Counted from the first letter of the stretch, positions 1 to 10,874 are shown. The stretch is 64,000 bases of DNA from Alphaproteobacteria bacterium (GCA_964291285.2 OZ219786.1:576001-640000); one strand, 5' to 3'. Notes: generated by a model from the sequence alone, not told the origin. Program-made: numbers and translations.

Positions 1-634
1 GGCGGCCGTGGCGGTGCCGCTTTCGCTTGCGCTCGGCATTCTGGCGGCGCTCTACCGGGGATCGATCTTCGACCGGGCGGCGAATGTCGGCACGCTCACC
101 TCCATCTCCAGCCCGGAATTCTTCGTCGCCTATATCCTGATCCTCTTCCTGGCGGCGGCGAACCCGATCTTCCCCTCGATCTCGAAGATCCATGCCGATC
201 TGGATTTCTGGGAACGGCTCTACCGCACCGTGCTGCCGGCGCTCACGCTCACCCTCGTCGTCACCGCCCACATGATGCGCATGACGCGCGTCGCGATCAT
301 CAACCTCATGGCCTCGCAATATATCGAGATGGCGCGCCTCAAGGGAGTCCCGCGCTGGCGGGTGATCGTGCGCCATGCGCTGCCCAATGCGCTGGCCCCG
401 ATCATCAATGTCATCGCGCTCAACCTCGCCTACCTGGTTACCGGCGTGGTGGTGGTCGAGGTGGTGTTCGTCTATCCGGGCATCGGGCAGATGTTCGTCG
501 ATGCCGTGAAGCTGCGCGACATGCCGACCGTGCAGGCCTGCTGCCTGGTCTTCGCCGCCGCCTATATCCTGCTCAACCTGCTGGCGGACGTGCTGTCGGT
601 GCTGACCAATCCGCGCCTCCGGCACCCGAAATAG
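1..634 (+). CDS. Peptide/nickel ABC transporter permease (DppB/OppB-like), 5'-truncated by window edge
   Basis: Hydrophobic helices and EAA-loop region 'YIEMARLKGVPRWRVIVRHALPNA'; first gene of an ABC operon. Confidence 0.9.
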   Translation, partial: AAVAVPLSLALGILAALYRGSIFDRAANVGTLTSISSPEFFVAYILILFLAAANPIFPSISKIHADLDFWERLYRTVLPALTLTLVVTAHMMRMTRVAIINLMASQYIEMARLKGVPRWRVIVRHALPNALAPIINVIALNLAYLVTGVVVVEVVFVYPGIGQMFVDAVKLRDMPTVQACCLVFAAAYILLNLLADVLSVLTNPRLRHPK

Positions 635-643
635 GCGGGCGCG

Positions 644-1582
644 ATGGGGTTCCTCACCTATGTCGTCCTGCCGCTGGCGGTCCTGACCGGGCTCGCCTGG
701 ACGGCCCGCGCCGGCTTCCGCGGCATTGCCGGGCCCTTCGGCGCCGTCTTCCGCGCCATGCCGCTGACCGCGGCTTTCGGGCTCACCGTGGTCCTGCTCT
801 ACGTCCTGGCGGCGCTGGCGGCGCCGGTGATTGCGCCCTATGGCGAGTCCCAGGTCTTCGACGAGTTCAACCTCTTCCCCGGCGAGAACCCGGATTTCGT
901 GCTCGGCACCGACCAGCTGGGCCGCGACCTGCTCACGCGCCTGCTATACGGCGGGCGCAACACCATCGGCATCGCCTTCGTGACCACGGCGCTCGCCTTC
1001 CTCATCGGCGCGACCTTCGGCTTCATCGCGGCCGTGCTCGGCGGCTGGCTGGACCAGGTGGTGTCGCGCACGGTGGATGTGCTGATGGCGATTCCGCAGC
1101 TCATCTTCGCGCTGCTGCTGCTCACCATTTTCGGGCAGTCCACGATCAACATGATCCTGGTGATCGCCGTGCTGGACTCGACGCGCGTGTTCCGCCTCGC
1201 GCGCGCGGTCGGCGGCAATATCGTGGTGATGGACTATATCGAGGCGGCGAAGCTGCGCGGCGAAGGGATCGGCTACCTGATCTTCAGGGAAATCCTGCCG
1301 AATGCCGCAGCCCCCCTGCTGGCGGAGTTCGGGCTGCGCTTCTGCTTCGTGTTCCTGCTGATTGCGGCACTGAGTTTCCTCGGCATCGGCATCCAGCCGC
1401 CGCTGGCCGACTGGGGCACGATGGTGCGCGAGCTTTCCATCTATATCGGCTATGCGGAATACGGCGACTGGCAGGCGGCGTCCCTGCCGCTGCTGCCGGC
1501 GGCGGCCATCGCGCTGCTCACGGTCGCGATCAATTTCACCGTGGACTGGATGCTCGACCGCTATTCGGGCCTGAAGGACTGA
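644..1582 (+). CDS. Peptide ABC transporter permease (DppC/OppC-like)
   Basis: 'LGTDQLGRDLLTRLLYGGR' and 'YIEAAKLRGE...EILPN' motifs. Confidence 0.92.
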   Translation: MGFLTYVVLPLAVLTGLAWTARAGFRGIAGPFGAVFRAMPLTAAFGLTVVLLYVLAALAAPVIAPYGESQVFDEFNLFPGENPDFVLGTDQLGRDLLTRLLYGGRNTIGIAFVTTALAFLIGATFGFIAAVLGGWLDQVVSRTVDVLMAIPQLIFALLLLTIFGQSTINMILVIAVLDSTRVFRLARAVGGNIVVMDYIEAAKLRGEGIGYLIFREILPNAAAPLLAEFGLRFCFVFLLIAALSFLGIGIQPPLADWGTMVRELSIYIGYAEYGDWQAASLPLLPAAAIALLTVAINFTVDWMLDRYSGLKD

Positions 1583-1601
1583 GACCGAGGAGACTGGGAC
1601 G

Positions 1602-3260
1602 ATGAGCAGCGGCCGCCCCCTGGTAACGATCCGGGACCTCAAGATCGAAGGCCTGGCGGGCGAGGACTGGCTGCCGATCGTGAACGGCATCGACCTCGAT
1701 CTCGCCCGTGGCGAGGTGCTCGGCCTCATCGGAGAATCGGGCGCCGGAAAATCCACGGTCGGTCTCGCTGCCATGGGCTTCACGCGCGACGGCTGCCGCA
1801 TCGCCGGCGGCTCGATCGAGTTCGACAACATCGACCTGGTCGCGGCATCCGAAGAGACCAGGCGCAGCCTGCTCGGCCGGCGCATCGCCTATGTCGCGCA
1901 GTCGGCGGCGGCGAGTTTCAACCCCGCGCACCGGCTCATCGACCAGCACACCGAAGGGCCGGTGCTGCACGGCGTCTCCTCGCAGCAGGAGAGCCAGGAA
2001 GACGCGATGGCGCTCTACGCCCGGCTCCGGCTGCCGGAGCCGGAAAGCATCGGCTTCCGCTATCCGCACCAGGTCTCCGGCGGGCAGCTGCAGCGCGCCA
2101 TGACCGCAATGGCGATGTCATGCCGCCCGGACCTCATCATCTTCGACGAGCCGACCACGGCGCTCGATGTCACCACGCAGATCGAGGTGCTGGCCGCCAT
2201 CCGCGACATCGTGGAGCAATTCGGCACGGCGGCCATTTACATCACCCACGACCTCGCCGTGGTGGCGCAGATGGCGGACCGGATCAAAGTGCTGCTGAAG
2301 GGCGACGAGGTGGAGGAGAGCGACACGCGCTCCATGCTGTCCGACCCGCAGGAGGACTACACGAAATCGCTCTGGGCGGTCAGGAGCTTTCGGCGGCCGG
2401 AGCAGCCGCCGGCAGGCGGGGGCGCGCAGCCCGTGATCGCCGTGTCCGGCGTGACGGCCGGCTACGGCGCGGCCGCCGATGTGCTGCACGAGGTGTCCTT
2501 CGACATTCACGCGGGACGCACCGTGGCTGTGGTGGGCGAGTCCGGCTCCGGCAAATCGACCGTCGCGCGCTGCATCACCGGCCTGCTGCCGCCGCGCAGC
2601 GGGGAGGTGCGGTTCAACGGCGAGGCCCTGCCCGCCGGCTACCGGGACCGCAGCAAGGACCAGCTCCGCCAAGTCCAGATGATCTACCAGATGGCCGACA
2701 CGGCATTGAACCCGAAGCTTCGCATACGGGACATCATCGGGCGCCCTGTGCAGTTCTACCGGGGGCTCCGGGGCGCCGGATTGCGCCGGCGGGTGGAGGA
2801 GCTGCTGGAGCAGATCGAGATGGAGCCGGACCGCTATATCGACCGCCTGCCATCGGAGCTTTCGGGCGGGCAGAAGCAGCGCGTCGGCATAGCCCGCGCG
2901 CTTGCGGCGGATGCGCAGTTCATCATCTGCGACGAGGTGACCTCCGCACTGGACCAGCTTGTCGCCGAGGGCATCCTGAAACTGCTCGACCGGCTCCAGA
3001 ACGAGCTCGACCTCGCCTACATGTTCATCACCCACGATCTGGCGACGGTGCGCGCCATCGCCGATGAAGTGGTGGTGATGAAGGACGGCCATGTGGTGGA
3101 AGCGGGGCCGAAGACGGAAATGTTCACCCCGCCGCACCACGACTACACCGACCTGCTGCTGAGCTCCGTGCCGGAAATGGACCCGGACTGGCTCGACCGG
3201 CTGCTGGAACAGCGCGGCGTGGACAATATCGGAGAGGCGGCGCGCGTCAGGATCGACTAG
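1602..3260 (+). CDS. Peptide ABC transporter ATP-binding protein with two fused ATPase domains
   Basis: Two Walker A motifs (GESGAGKS, GESGSGKS), two signatures (VSGGQ, LSGGQ), two Walker B motifs. Confidence 0.95.
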   Translation: MSSGRPLVTIRDLKIEGLAGEDWLPIVNGIDLDLARGEVLGLIGESGAGKSTVGLAAMGFTRDGCRIAGGSIEFDNIDLVAASEETRRSLLGRRIAYVAQSAAASFNPAHRLIDQHTEGPVLHGVSSQQESQEDAMALYARLRLPEPESIGFRYPHQVSGGQLQRAMTAMAMSCRPDLIIFDEPTTALDVTTQIEVLAAIRDIVEQFGTAAIYITHDLAVVAQMADRIKVLLKGDEVEESDTRSMLSDPQEDYTKSLWAVRSFRRPEQPPAGGGAQPVIAVSGVTAGYGAAADVLHEVSFDIHAGRTVAVVGESGSGKSTVARCITGLLPPRSGEVRFNGEALPAGYRDRSKDQLRQVQMIYQMADTALNPKLRIRDIIGRPVQFYRGLRGAGLRRRVEELLEQIEMEPDRYIDRLPSELSGGQKQRVGIARALAADAQFIICDEVTSALDQLVAEGILKLLDRLQNELDLAYMFITHDLATVRAIADEVVVMKDGHVVEAGPKTEMFTPPHHDYTDLLLSSVPEMDPDWLDRLLEQRGVDNIGEAARVRID

Positions 3261-3314
3261 AATGCCCGGCAACGGGTTTGCACGACCGACGGAAATATCT
3301 GAGGGAGGATTCCC

Positions 3315-4859
3315 ATGAATCTCAAACTTGACAGACGAACGCTGTTGAAGGCGAGCGCCGCCACGGCGCTGGCGGCAGGCGTGGGACCCGGGGCAGCGTC
3401 GGCCGCCGGTCCGAAAGCGGGCGGCACCCTGCGGCTCGGCCTGTCGGGCGGCAATACCACCGACAGCTGGGACGGGCGCACCCATTCCGACGTGTTCATG
3501 CAGGTTGCGGCCCAGGGCGCCGTATTCGACTGCATTACCGAGGTTGCCGCCGACGGCTCGCTGGTCGGCGAACTGGCCGAGAGCTGGGAATCCTCGGCCG
3601 ACCTCGTGACGTGGACCTTCAACCTGCGCAAGGGGGTTGAGTTCCACAACGGCAAGAGCTTCGGCGCCGACGATGTGATCGAATCGCTGCAACTGCATGT
3701 GGCGGAAGGCGCGAAGTCGCCGGCCAAGCCGCTGGTCGAGCCCATCGTCGAGATGAAGAAGATGAACGACCACCAGATGCAGTTCGTCCTCGACGCCGGC
3801 AATGCTGACTTCCCCTACCTGCTCGCCGACTACCACATCCTGATCCACCCGGCCGGCATGGTGGACGAGAGCATCCGCGACGGCATCGGCACGGGCGCCT
3901 ACCGCAATCTCGGCTTCGATCCGGGCGTGCGCCTGCAGCTTGAGCGCAACCCGAACGCCCACAAGAAGACCTGGTTCGACGAGGTCGAGGCGATCTCGAT
4001 CACCGACCCGGCGGCGCGCGTCAGTGCGCTGATGACCGGCGAGGTGGACGCGATCAGCCGCATCGACGCCAAGTCGGTGCGCCTGCTGGACCGCAATCCC
4101 GGCGTGGAAGTGTCGGAGGTAACCGGAAACCAGCACTACACCTTCCCGATGATTACGACGGCGGCGCCCTTCGACAACAACGATGTGCGCCTCGCGCTCA
4201 AATACCTCTTCGACCGCGAGGACCTGGTCCGCAAGATCCTGCTGGGGCACGGCAAGGTCGGCAACGACCATCCGATCGGGCCCGCCAACCGCTTCTACCA
4301 TGCGGATCTGGAACAGCGGGTTTACGACCCCGACAAGGCCAAATTCCATCTGAAGAAGGCCGGGGTGGACAGCCTGCAGCTCGACCTCTCCGCCTCCGAC
4401 GCCGCCTTCGCCGGTGCGGTGGACGCCTCGCAGCTCTTCCAAGAATCGGCGCGGGCCGGCGGAGTTTCGATCAATGTCATCAAGGAACCGGCGGACGGCT
4501 ACTGGTCCAATGTGTGGATGAAGAAGCCGTTCTGCGCCTGCTTCTGGTCCGGTCGCGCGACCGAGGACATCATGTTCTCGACCGCCTATGCCGCCGGCAA
4601 GCCATGGAATGACAGCTACTGGGAGCATGAGCGCTTCAACAAGCTGCTCGCCGAGGCGCGGACCGAAGTCGACGAGGCCAGGCGCCGGGAGCTCTATTAC
4701 GAGATGCAGGTCATCGTCCGCGACGAGGGCGGCACGGCCGTGCCGATGTATGCCAACTGGATCGACGCCAAGTCCAAGAAGCTGGCCCACGGCGAGCATC
4801 TGGGCAACGTCTGGGCGCTCGATTCGGCACGCATCATCGAGCGCTGGTGGTTCTCCTGA
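3315..4859 (+). CDS. Family 5 ABC substrate-binding protein with Tat signal
   Basis: 'LDRRTLLK' twin-arginine leader; 'LAESWE...WTFNLRKGVEFHNG' SBP5 motif; GGGAGG RBS. Confidence 0.93.
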   Translation: MNLKLDRRTLLKASAATALAAGVGPGAASAAGPKAGGTLRLGLSGGNTTDSWDGRTHSDVFMQVAAQGAVFDCITEVAADGSLVGELAESWESSADLVTWTFNLRKGVEFHNGKSFGADDVIESLQLHVAEGAKSPAKPLVEPIVEMKKMNDHQMQFVLDAGNADFPYLLADYHILIHPAGMVDESIRDGIGTGAYRNLGFDPGVRLQLERNPNAHKKTWFDEVEAISITDPAARVSALMTGEVDAISRIDAKSVRLLDRNPGVEVSEVTGNQHYTFPMITTAAPFDNNDVRLALKYLFDREDLVRKILLGHGKVGNDHPIGPANRFYHADLEQRVYDPDKAKFHLKKAGVDSLQLDLSASDAAFAGAVDASQLFQESARAGGVSINVIKEPADGYWSNVWMKKPFCACFWSGRATEDIMFSTAYAAGKPWNDSYWEHERFNKLLAEARTEVDEARRRELYYEMQVIVRDEGGTAVPMYANWIDAKSKKLAHGEHLGNVWALDSARIIERWWFS

Positions 4860-4888
4860 CCGTGAGGCTGCACGGCAGCCGGTAACGG

Positions 4889-4918
4889 GGGCCGCCGCGC
4901 ACTGCGCGGCGGCCCTTT
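4889..4918 (+). terminator. Intrinsic terminator hairpin after ABC operon
   Basis: GGGCCGCCGCGCA-C-TGCGCGGCGGCCC followed by TTT, between convergent genes. Confidence 0.65.
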
Positions 4919-4929
4919 CCTTCGGTCCG

Positions 4930-5397
4930 TTACTCCAGCGGGGCGTCGACGCAGTCGAGCGCCCAGATGTCGTAGACCGGGTGCTCCAGCGCCGACATGG
5001 CGGGGCTCGACGCGAACATCCAGCCCTGGAAGAGGCGGACCGGCGGGGCGTCCCGGCGGCGTTCGACGATGGTGAGGAAAACCGCGCTTTCCGGCGGTTC
5101 CTCGGGCGGGCGCTTCCGGCAGGCCCAGACGCTGACCTCCAGCGTGCCGAAGCGTTCCGTGCGCTCCAGCGGAATCGTCAGGGTGGAAATCCGCGCGGTG
5201 ACCTTGTCGAGCCCCTGGAGCACCGCCATCCCCATCTCGCGATAGGTGAAGGTCCCCCCGTCTGTCGCCGCTGCTGCCCCGGCGGCGAACAGCAACGGAA
5301 GCGCCAGGGCCCCGCTCAGGCAGGAGCGCCACGAACCGGAAATCCTGCGGCCGGAAACGGCCGGCCTCGCGCGCCGGGCCTCAGCCCTTCTCGTCAT
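4930..5397 (-). CDS. DUF2155 domain protein
   Basis: 'LQGLDKVTARIS...FQGWMFASSPAMSALEHPVYDIW'; usual neighbour of mlaD; start uncertain. Confidence 0.88.
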   Translation of the reverse strand: MTRRAEARRARPAVSGRRISGSWRSCLSGALALPLLFAAGAAAATDGGTFTYREMGMAVLQGLDKVTARISTLTIPLERTERFGTLEVSVWACRKRPPEEPPESAVFLTIVERRRDAPPVRLFQGWMFASSPAMSALEHPVYDIWALDCVDAPLE

Positions 5398-5836
5398 CGG
5401 CGCCGCCGAAGATGAAGCGGCCGATCAGGTCCTCGATGCTGACCGAGGACTGCGCGAAGCGGAAGCTGCCGCCGGGCGGGATGGTGTCGTCCTCGGCGCC
5501 CGGCGTCACCTGTGCATACTTGCCGCCGAGCAGGCTTTCGCTCGCGATCTTGACGGAGCTGTCGGTCGGCAGCCTGACGGACGGGTCGATGGAAAAGGTG
5601 ACCAGCGCGGCGAAGGTCTCAAGGTCGAGATGCTGGCCCGAAACGGTGCCGATCCTGATGCCGCTCATCCGCACATCGTCGCCGACGGCGAGCCCGCCGA
5701 TATTGTCGAACTCGGCCGTGACCTCATAGCCGCCGCCGCGGCCGAGATCGGCGGTCGAATAGGCGAAGAACACGAAGGCCGCCGCGGCCAGCAGCACCGC
5801 CGCTCCGGTTATCGTCTCCAGCAGGCTGCGCCGCAT
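5381..5836 (-). CDS. mlaD: Outer-membrane lipid asymmetry protein MlaD (MCE domain)
   Basis: N-terminal TM helix then 'AEFDNIGGLAVGDDVRMSGIRIG...ESLLGGKY'; start moved to ATG at 5836 (MRRSLLE). Confidence 0.9.
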   Translation of the reverse strand: MRRSLLETITGAAVLLAAAAFVFFAYSTADLGRGGGYEVTAEFDNIGGLAVGDDVRMSGIRIGTVSGQHLDLETFAALVTFSIDPSVRLPTDSSVKIASESLLGGKYAQVTPGAEDDTIPPGGSFRFAQSSVSIEDLIGRFIFGGADDEKG

Positions 5837-5838
5837 CG

Positions 5839-6192
5839 CTAGGGCGTCCAGGCCTCGTAGTCGCCCGTCGCCGACGCCCGGCGCCCGCCGGCGAAATCGT
5901 GTCCGGGGGGGCGGTAGGCCTCCGGCGTGCCCGTCAGGTTCGGCTCGTGCGGCCGCTGCCAGGGATAGCGCGGCCGGTCCGCGGCCGGCGGCTCGTCGGC
6001 CATGCGGTGCAGCCAGGCGTGCCATTCCGGCGGCACGCGCGAGGCCTCGACCCGCCCGTCATAGACGACCCAGCGCCGCTCGCGCCCGTGCAGGCGGCCC
6101 CGGCGGCTGCGGTAATAGCGGTTGCCCTGCTCGTCCTCGCCGACGAACTCGCCCTGCATCCAGGTGTAAAGCCGCGTTCCGATGGAAGTCAC
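5839..6192 (-). CDS. NADH:ubiquinone oxidoreductase subunit NDUFA12-like protein
   Basis: '[11 protein letters not shown]...RRWVVY...[13 protein letters not shown]...PNLTGT...DYEAWTP'. Confidence 0.92.
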   Translation of the reverse strand: MTSIGTRLYTWMQGEFVGEDEQGNRYYRSRRGRLHGRERRWVVYDGRVEASRVPPEWHAWLHRMADEPPAADRPRYPWQRPHEPNLTGTPEAYRPPGHDFAGGRRASATGDYEAWTP

Positions 6193-6296
6193 AAGCCGGG
6201 TCCCTCCAGAACTCGGACCCTTATCGCACTACCCGGTTGGCCGGGTCAATGTCCGGAGAAAACAGGCCGTTTCGATTGGTGCACCACGAACTAACG

Positions 6297-6343
6297 ATAC
6301 CGCCAATAGTGTTTTTCTCAAGTTTGGCTACAAAATCTTGCGG
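6297..6343 (+). promoter_or_regulatory. Tandem NrdR boxes
   Basis: ATACCGCCAATAGTGT (6297-6312) and CTACAAAATCTTGCGG (6328-6343) resemble acaCwAtATaTwGtgt; starts are 31 bp apart; upstream of nrdJ. Confidence 0.65.
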
Positions 6344-6400
6344 TTTTCGGTTAGGCTGGTCGTCTGTTTGCGGCTTAACCGATTCGAGGGGAGCGTCGCG

Positions 6401-9400
6401 TTGCGTTTCCAGCGTCACCACACCGGCGGATGCGCCTCAGCCTATGACGGCGTTGCGTTCGTTCGCAGAAACAGCGAAATCCGTAACCCCGACGGCACTC
6501 CCGTTTTCATTGCCGACGACATCATGGCGCCGCAGGAATGGTCGCAGGTGGCCGTCGATGTGCTCGCCCAGAAATATTTCAGGAAGGCCGGCGTCCCGGA
6601 CCGGACCGAACCGGTTGCCGAGGAAGGCGTGCCGGAGTGGCTCCGACGCCGCCGACCGACCGAAGGCGCGACGCTCGGCGGGGAGCGCGACGCGCGCCAG
6701 GTCTTCCACCGGCTCGCCGGCGCCTGGACCTACTGGGGCTGGAAGGGCGGCTATTTCTCCGCCGAGGAGGACGCGCGCGCCTATTACGACGAAATGCGCG
6801 CCATGCTGGCCCGGCAGATGGCGGCGCCGAACTCGCCGCAATGGTTCAACACCGGCCTCAACTGGGCCTACGGCATAGACGGGCCGGCGCAGGGCCACTA
6901 TTTCGTCGATCCCGCCACGGGCGAATGCCGCGCGTCGGAGTCGGCCTATGAGCGCCCGCAGCCCCATGCCTGCTTCATCCAGTCCGTGACCGACGACCTC
7001 GTCAACGAAGGCGGCATCATGGACCTCTGGCAGCGCGAGGCGCGGCTGTTCAAATACGGCTCCGGCACCGGCACCAACTTCTCCAGGCTGCGCGGCGAAG
7101 GCGAGCCGCTCTCCGGCGGCGGGCGGTCCTCCGGGCTGATGAGCTTCCTGAAGATCGGCGACCGGGCGGCGGGCGCCATCAAGTCCGGCGGCACCACGAG
7201 GCGGGCCGCCAAGATGGTCACGCTCGACATCGACCACCCGGACATCGAGGACTATATCGACTGGAAGGTAGTGGAGGAGCAGAAGGTCGCAGCCCTGGTG
7301 GCCGGCTCGAAGGCCTGCGAGAAGCATCTGGGCCGCGTCATCACCGCCTGCATGCCGGACGGCGAGATCGGCGAGGCGGACGAGGCGGACCGCTTCGACC
7401 CGAAGCGCAACAGGGCGCTGCGCAAGGCGGTGGCGGGCGCGCGCGAGGCCGCGATCCCGGAAAGCTATATCCAGCGCGTGATCCAGTTCGCCCGCCAGGG
7501 GTTCACGGCCATCGACTTCCGCATCTACGACACCGACTGGGACAGCGAGGCCTACCGGACCGTCGCCGGCCAGAATTCCAACAACTCCGTGCGCCTGACC
7601 GACGAGTTCCTCCGGACCGTCGAGACCGGCGGCGACTGGGCGCTCACGCGGCGCACGGACGGCGCGGTTGCGAAGACCGTTTCCGCGCGGGCCCTCATGG
7701 ACAAGGTGGCCCATGCCGCCTGGGCCTCGGCGGACCCCGGCGTCCAGTTCGACACGACCGTCAACGACTGGCACACCTGCCCGGCGGAAGGACGGATCGA
7801 AGCCTCGAACCCGTGCTCGGAATACATGTTCCTGGACGACACGGCCTGCAACCTGGCATCGATCAACCTGATGGCGTTCCGGCAGGAAGACGGCGAATTC
7901 GACATCGAGGGCTTCCGGCACACCGTTCGGCTGTGGACGGTCGCGCTCGAAATCTCGGAATCGATGGCGCAGTTCCCTTCGCGGCGCATCGCCGACCGCT
8001 CCTACCGCTACCGCCCGCTGGGCTTGGGCTTCGCCAATGTCGGCGGGCTGCTGATGGCATCCGGCATCGCATATGACAGCGGCGAGGGCCGCGCGGCGGC
8101 CGGGGCCATTACCGCGCTGATGACCGGCACGGCCTACGCCACATCGGCGGAAATCGCGAGCGAGCTCGGGCCCTTCGACGGCTACGCCGCGAATGCCGGA
8201 TCCATGCTGCGGGTCATCCGCAACCACCGCCGCGCGGCGCATGGCTGCACGGAGGGCTATGAGGGGCTGAACACGAAGCCGCAGCCGCTAGATGCCAAGG
8301 CGTGCCCCTTCGACGGCCTCGCCGGGGCCGCCGGCGCCGCCTGGGACGACGCGCTCGCCTCCGGCGAAAGGCACGGCTACCGCAATGCCCAGGCCACGGT
8401 CATCGCGCCCACCGGCACGATCGGCCTGGTGATGGACTGCGACACCACCGGCATCGAGCCGGATTTCGCGCTGGTGAAGTTCAAGAAGCTCGCGGGCGGC
8501 GGCTATTTCAAGATCATCAACAGCCTGGTGCCGGCGGCGCTCGCCGCGCTCGGCTACGACTCCGCGCGGATCGAGGCCATTGAACGCCATGCGGTCGGCC
8601 GGGGCACGCTGAAGGACTCGCCCGCCATCGGCCATGACGAGCTGGCCGCGAAGGGCTTCACGCCGGAGATGATCGATGCGCTGGAGGCCGCGCTGCCGGG
8701 CGCCTTCGACATCCGCTTCGTCTTCAACCGCTGGACGCTCGGCGAGGAGGCCTGCCGCGAGGCGCTGGGCCTGACGGACGAGCAGCTGGAGAGCGGCGAC
8801 CTGCTGGACGCGCTTGGCTTCTCGAAAGAGGAGATCGAGGCCGCCAACCTCCATTGCGGCGGCGCGATGACCGTCGAGGGCGCACCGGACCTCCGCGAAG
8901 AGCATCTGGCGGTGTTCGACTGCGCCAATCCCTGCGGCCGGAACGGCGTCCGCCACCTCTCGACCGAGAGCCACATCCGGATGCTGGGCGCGGTGCAGCC
9001 TTTCATCTCAGGCGCGATCTCCAAGACCGTGAACATGGCGAACGGCGCGACCGTGCAGGACTGCATCGAGGCCTACCGGCTCTCCTGGAGCCTCGGCCTC
9101 AAGGCAAACGCGCTCTACCGCGACGGATCCAAACTCTCGCAGCCGCTGGCGGCGACGGCGCTCGGCGGAGACCTTGCCGAGGAGGTCGCGGAGGAGCCGG
9201 CCGCGGCCCGCGCAGCCGTGCTGGCGGAGCGCATCGTCGAGCGCCGCCTGATCGAGCGCAAGCGCCTGCCGGACCGCCGCAAGGGCTACACGCAGAAGGC
9301 CACGGTCGGGAACCACAAGGTCTATCTGCGCACCGGCGAATATGACGACGGCAAGCTCGGCGAGATCTTCATCGACATGCACAAGGAGGGCGCGGCCTTC

Positions 9401-9982
9401 CGCAGCCTGATGAACAATTTCGCCATCGGCATCTCCATCGGCCTGCAATACGGCGTGCCGCTGGAGGAATATGTCGAGGCCTTCACCTTCACGCGCTTCG
9501 AGCCTTCGGGCCTTGTGGAGGGCAATGACGCGATCAAGATGTCCACCTCGATCCTGGACTATCTCTTCCGCGAGCTAGCGATCTCCTATCTCGGGCGCGG
9601 CGACCTCAGCCACGTCATGCCGGACGATGTCCGGCCGGACAGCCTGGGCGGCGGCGAGAACGAGGCGGCGCTGGCGGAACGCGAGATGGGCCAGCCGATC
9701 CCGACGGCGGCCAGCCGCGGCTTCGTGCGCGACAACCTCTATGTGCTCTCAGGCGGCCGCACCGAAACCGTGTCTCTCGCACAGGAGGCCGTGGAGGCGT
9801 CGTTCGTCGAAGCGCCCATGCCGGCGGCGGTGGCAGGCGGCTCACACGACGCGGCGGTCCGCCATGCGCGGATGCTCGGCTACGAGGGCGACGCCTGCGG
9901 CAGCTGCGGCAATTTCACCATGGTCCGCAACGGCACCTGCATGAAGTGCATGACCTGCGGCCATACGGACGGATGCAGCTGA
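6401..9982 (+). CDS. nrdJ: Vitamin B12-dependent (class II) ribonucleotide reductase
   Basis: '[10 protein letters not shown]', 'PQPHACFI', 'ASNPCSEY', 'IAPTGTI', C-terminal CxxC...CxxC; TTG start at 6401 after GAGGGGAG. Confidence 0.95.
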   Translation: MRFQRHHTGGCASAYDGVAFVRRNSEIRNPDGTPVFIADDIMAPQEWSQVAVDVLAQKYFRKAGVPDRTEPVAEEGVPEWLRRRRPTEGATLGGERDARQVFHRLAGAWTYWGWKGGYFSAEEDARAYYDEMRAMLARQMAAPNSPQWFNTGLNWAYGIDGPAQGHYFVDPATGECRASESAYERPQPHACFIQSVTDDLVNEGGIMDLWQREARLFKYGSGTGTNFSRLRGEGEPLSGGGRSSGLMSFLKIGDRAAGAIKSGGTTRRAAKMVTLDIDHPDIEDYIDWKVVEEQKVAALVAGSKACEKHLGRVITACMPDGEIGEADEADRFDPKRNRALRKAVAGAREAAIPESYIQRVIQFARQGFTAIDFRIYDTDWDSEAYRTVAGQNSNNSVRLTDEFLRTVETGGDWALTRRTDGAVAKTVSARALMDKVAHAAWASADPGVQFDTTVNDWHTCPAEGRIEASNPCSEYMFLDDTACNLASINLMAFRQEDGEFDIEGFRHTVRLWTVALEISESMAQFPSRRIADRSYRYRPLGLGFANVGGLLMASGIAYDSGEGRAAAGAITALMTGTAYATSAEIASELGPFDGYAANAGSMLRVIRNHRRAAHGCTEGYEGLNTKPQPLDAKACPFDGLAGAAGAAWDDALASGERHGYRNAQATVIAPTGTIGLVMDCDTTGIEPDFALVKFKKLAGGGYFKIINSLVPAALAALGYDSARIEAIERHAVGRGTLKDSPAIGHDELAAKGFTPEMIDALEAALPGAFDIRFVFNRWTLGEEACREALGLTDEQLESGDLLDALGFSKEEIEAANLHCGGAMTVEGAPDLREEHLAVFDCANPCGRNGVRHLSTESHIRMLGAVQPFISGAISKTVNMANGATVQDCIEAYRLSWSLGLKANALYRDGSKLSQPLAATALGGDLAEEVAEEPAAARAAVLAERIVERRLIERKRLPDRRKGYTQKATVGNHKVYLRTGEYDDGKLGEIFIDMHKEGAAFRSLMNNFAIGISIGLQYGVPLEEYVEAFTFTRFEPSGLVEGNDAIKMSTSILDYLFRELAISYLGRGDLSHVMPDDVRPDSLGGGENEAALAEREMGQPIPTAASRGFVRDNLYVLSGGRTETVSLAQEAVEASFVEAPMPAAVAGGSHDAAVRHARMLGYEGDACGSCGNFTMVRNGTCMKCMTCGHTDGCS

Positions 9983-9999
9983 GCGGACGGGAGGCGCGG

Positions 10000-10283
10000 C
10001 TACCGCTTCGAGAACACCGGCTTGCTGCTTGTCGACGAAGGCCTTTGCGGCTTCGAGAGGGTCTTCGGTCAGGCCGGAGCGGGAATGTTGCTGGCTTCCA
10101 TGTCGAGCGTCTCGGAGAGCGAGGCGGTGACGGCGCCGTTCAGGGTCTGCTTCATGTAGGCGAGCGTGATGCGCGGGCCGGCGGCGAGGCTTTCCGCCAG
10201 GCTCGCCGTCTCCGCCTCCAGCGCCTCTTCCGCGCCCAAGCACGCAGCCGTCATGTAGAGCTCCTTTGCCTTTGCCGGGCCGC
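10000..10283 (-). pseudogene. Enoyl-CoA hydratase/isomerase C-terminal remnant
   Basis: 'GPAKAKELYMTA...AEEAL/EAETASLAESLAAGPRITLAYMKQTLN', then 'GLTEDPLEAAKAFVDK' and 'KPVFSKR*' in shifted frames; no 5' half. Confidence 0.7.
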
Positions 10284-10437
10284 TTTTGCAGGGGTGACCG
10301 ATGAGGTGCGGAGTCCGACGTAGCTGAGCCGGCGAGTGCGCCGGTTATGGACCGGAACTCAATATACGAATCCGGAAGCCGGCCGGTGCTGCAGCAAATC
10401 GTTCCTGAAATTTATGTAATAATTCTCTATTCGTGGC

Positions 10438-10464
10438 TTGCATTTTCAGAAATTGTGATATGAT
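10438..10464 (+). promoter_or_regulatory. Putative sigma70 (extended -10) promoter of element copy 1
   Basis: TTGCAT-N15-TATGAT with TG two bases upstream of -10, in an AT-rich patch; conserved in copy 2 as TTGCAT-N15-TATAAT; spacer is short. Confidence 0.55.
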
Positions 10465-10470
10465 GGGTTC

Positions 10471-10718
10471 GAGGTAAGCGGCATCCGGAGCCGCTTCCCG
10501 CCCGCGCCGGCCCGGTGCGGAACGACCCCGATTCAGCCGACAGGCGAAGTGCGTCCTGCGCCTGCCCCGCGCACGCGCAATCAGGCGCGCGAACCGCGCC
10601 GGCGCCGACACCCGCCCGCGCCGGCACAGGCGCCCGCGCAGGATACGCGCGAATAGGGGTCGCTCCGATGCCGGGACGGTATGGCCATCGAACCGAAGCG
10701 GAATGTAAGGAGCCGTGC
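10471..10718 (+). ncRNA. Candidate structured leader RNA, copy 1
   Basis: Best-conserved block between the copies; nested complementarity (10518-10534 with 10651-10667; 10480-10491 with 10662-10672). Confidence 0.4.
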
Positions 10719-10874
10719 ATGACCTTTCCCGACCCGACCGTCGCCCTCACTACCCGCCGGGAAGCCTTCTGCCGCCACTACACAGCCTCGACCGGCTCCA
10801 GAGGACCGGCTTCTTCAACCCGCCCGGAGACACGGAGTTCGCCCCCGACCATGACAAAACATGACATTCCATGA
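10719..10874 (+). pseudogene. Deleted terminase-small-subunit-like ORF
   Basis: AAGGAG RBS; MTFPDPTVALTTRREAFCRHYTAS; about 97 nt missing relative to copy 2. Confidence 0.6.

Noticed and set aside
2118-4799. 893-aa antisense ORF and many similar long shadow ORFs
   Set aside because: They lie opposite or out of frame to well-supported genes; expected in high-GC DNA; no recognisable motifs
4930-9982. DUF2155-mlaD-NDUFA12-nrdJ cluster as a novel system
   Set aside because: Familiar conserved alphaproteobacterial synteny
6401-9982. Intein or intron in nrdJ
   Set aside because: Length is typical for this class and no splice-junction or homing-endonuclease motifs are visible
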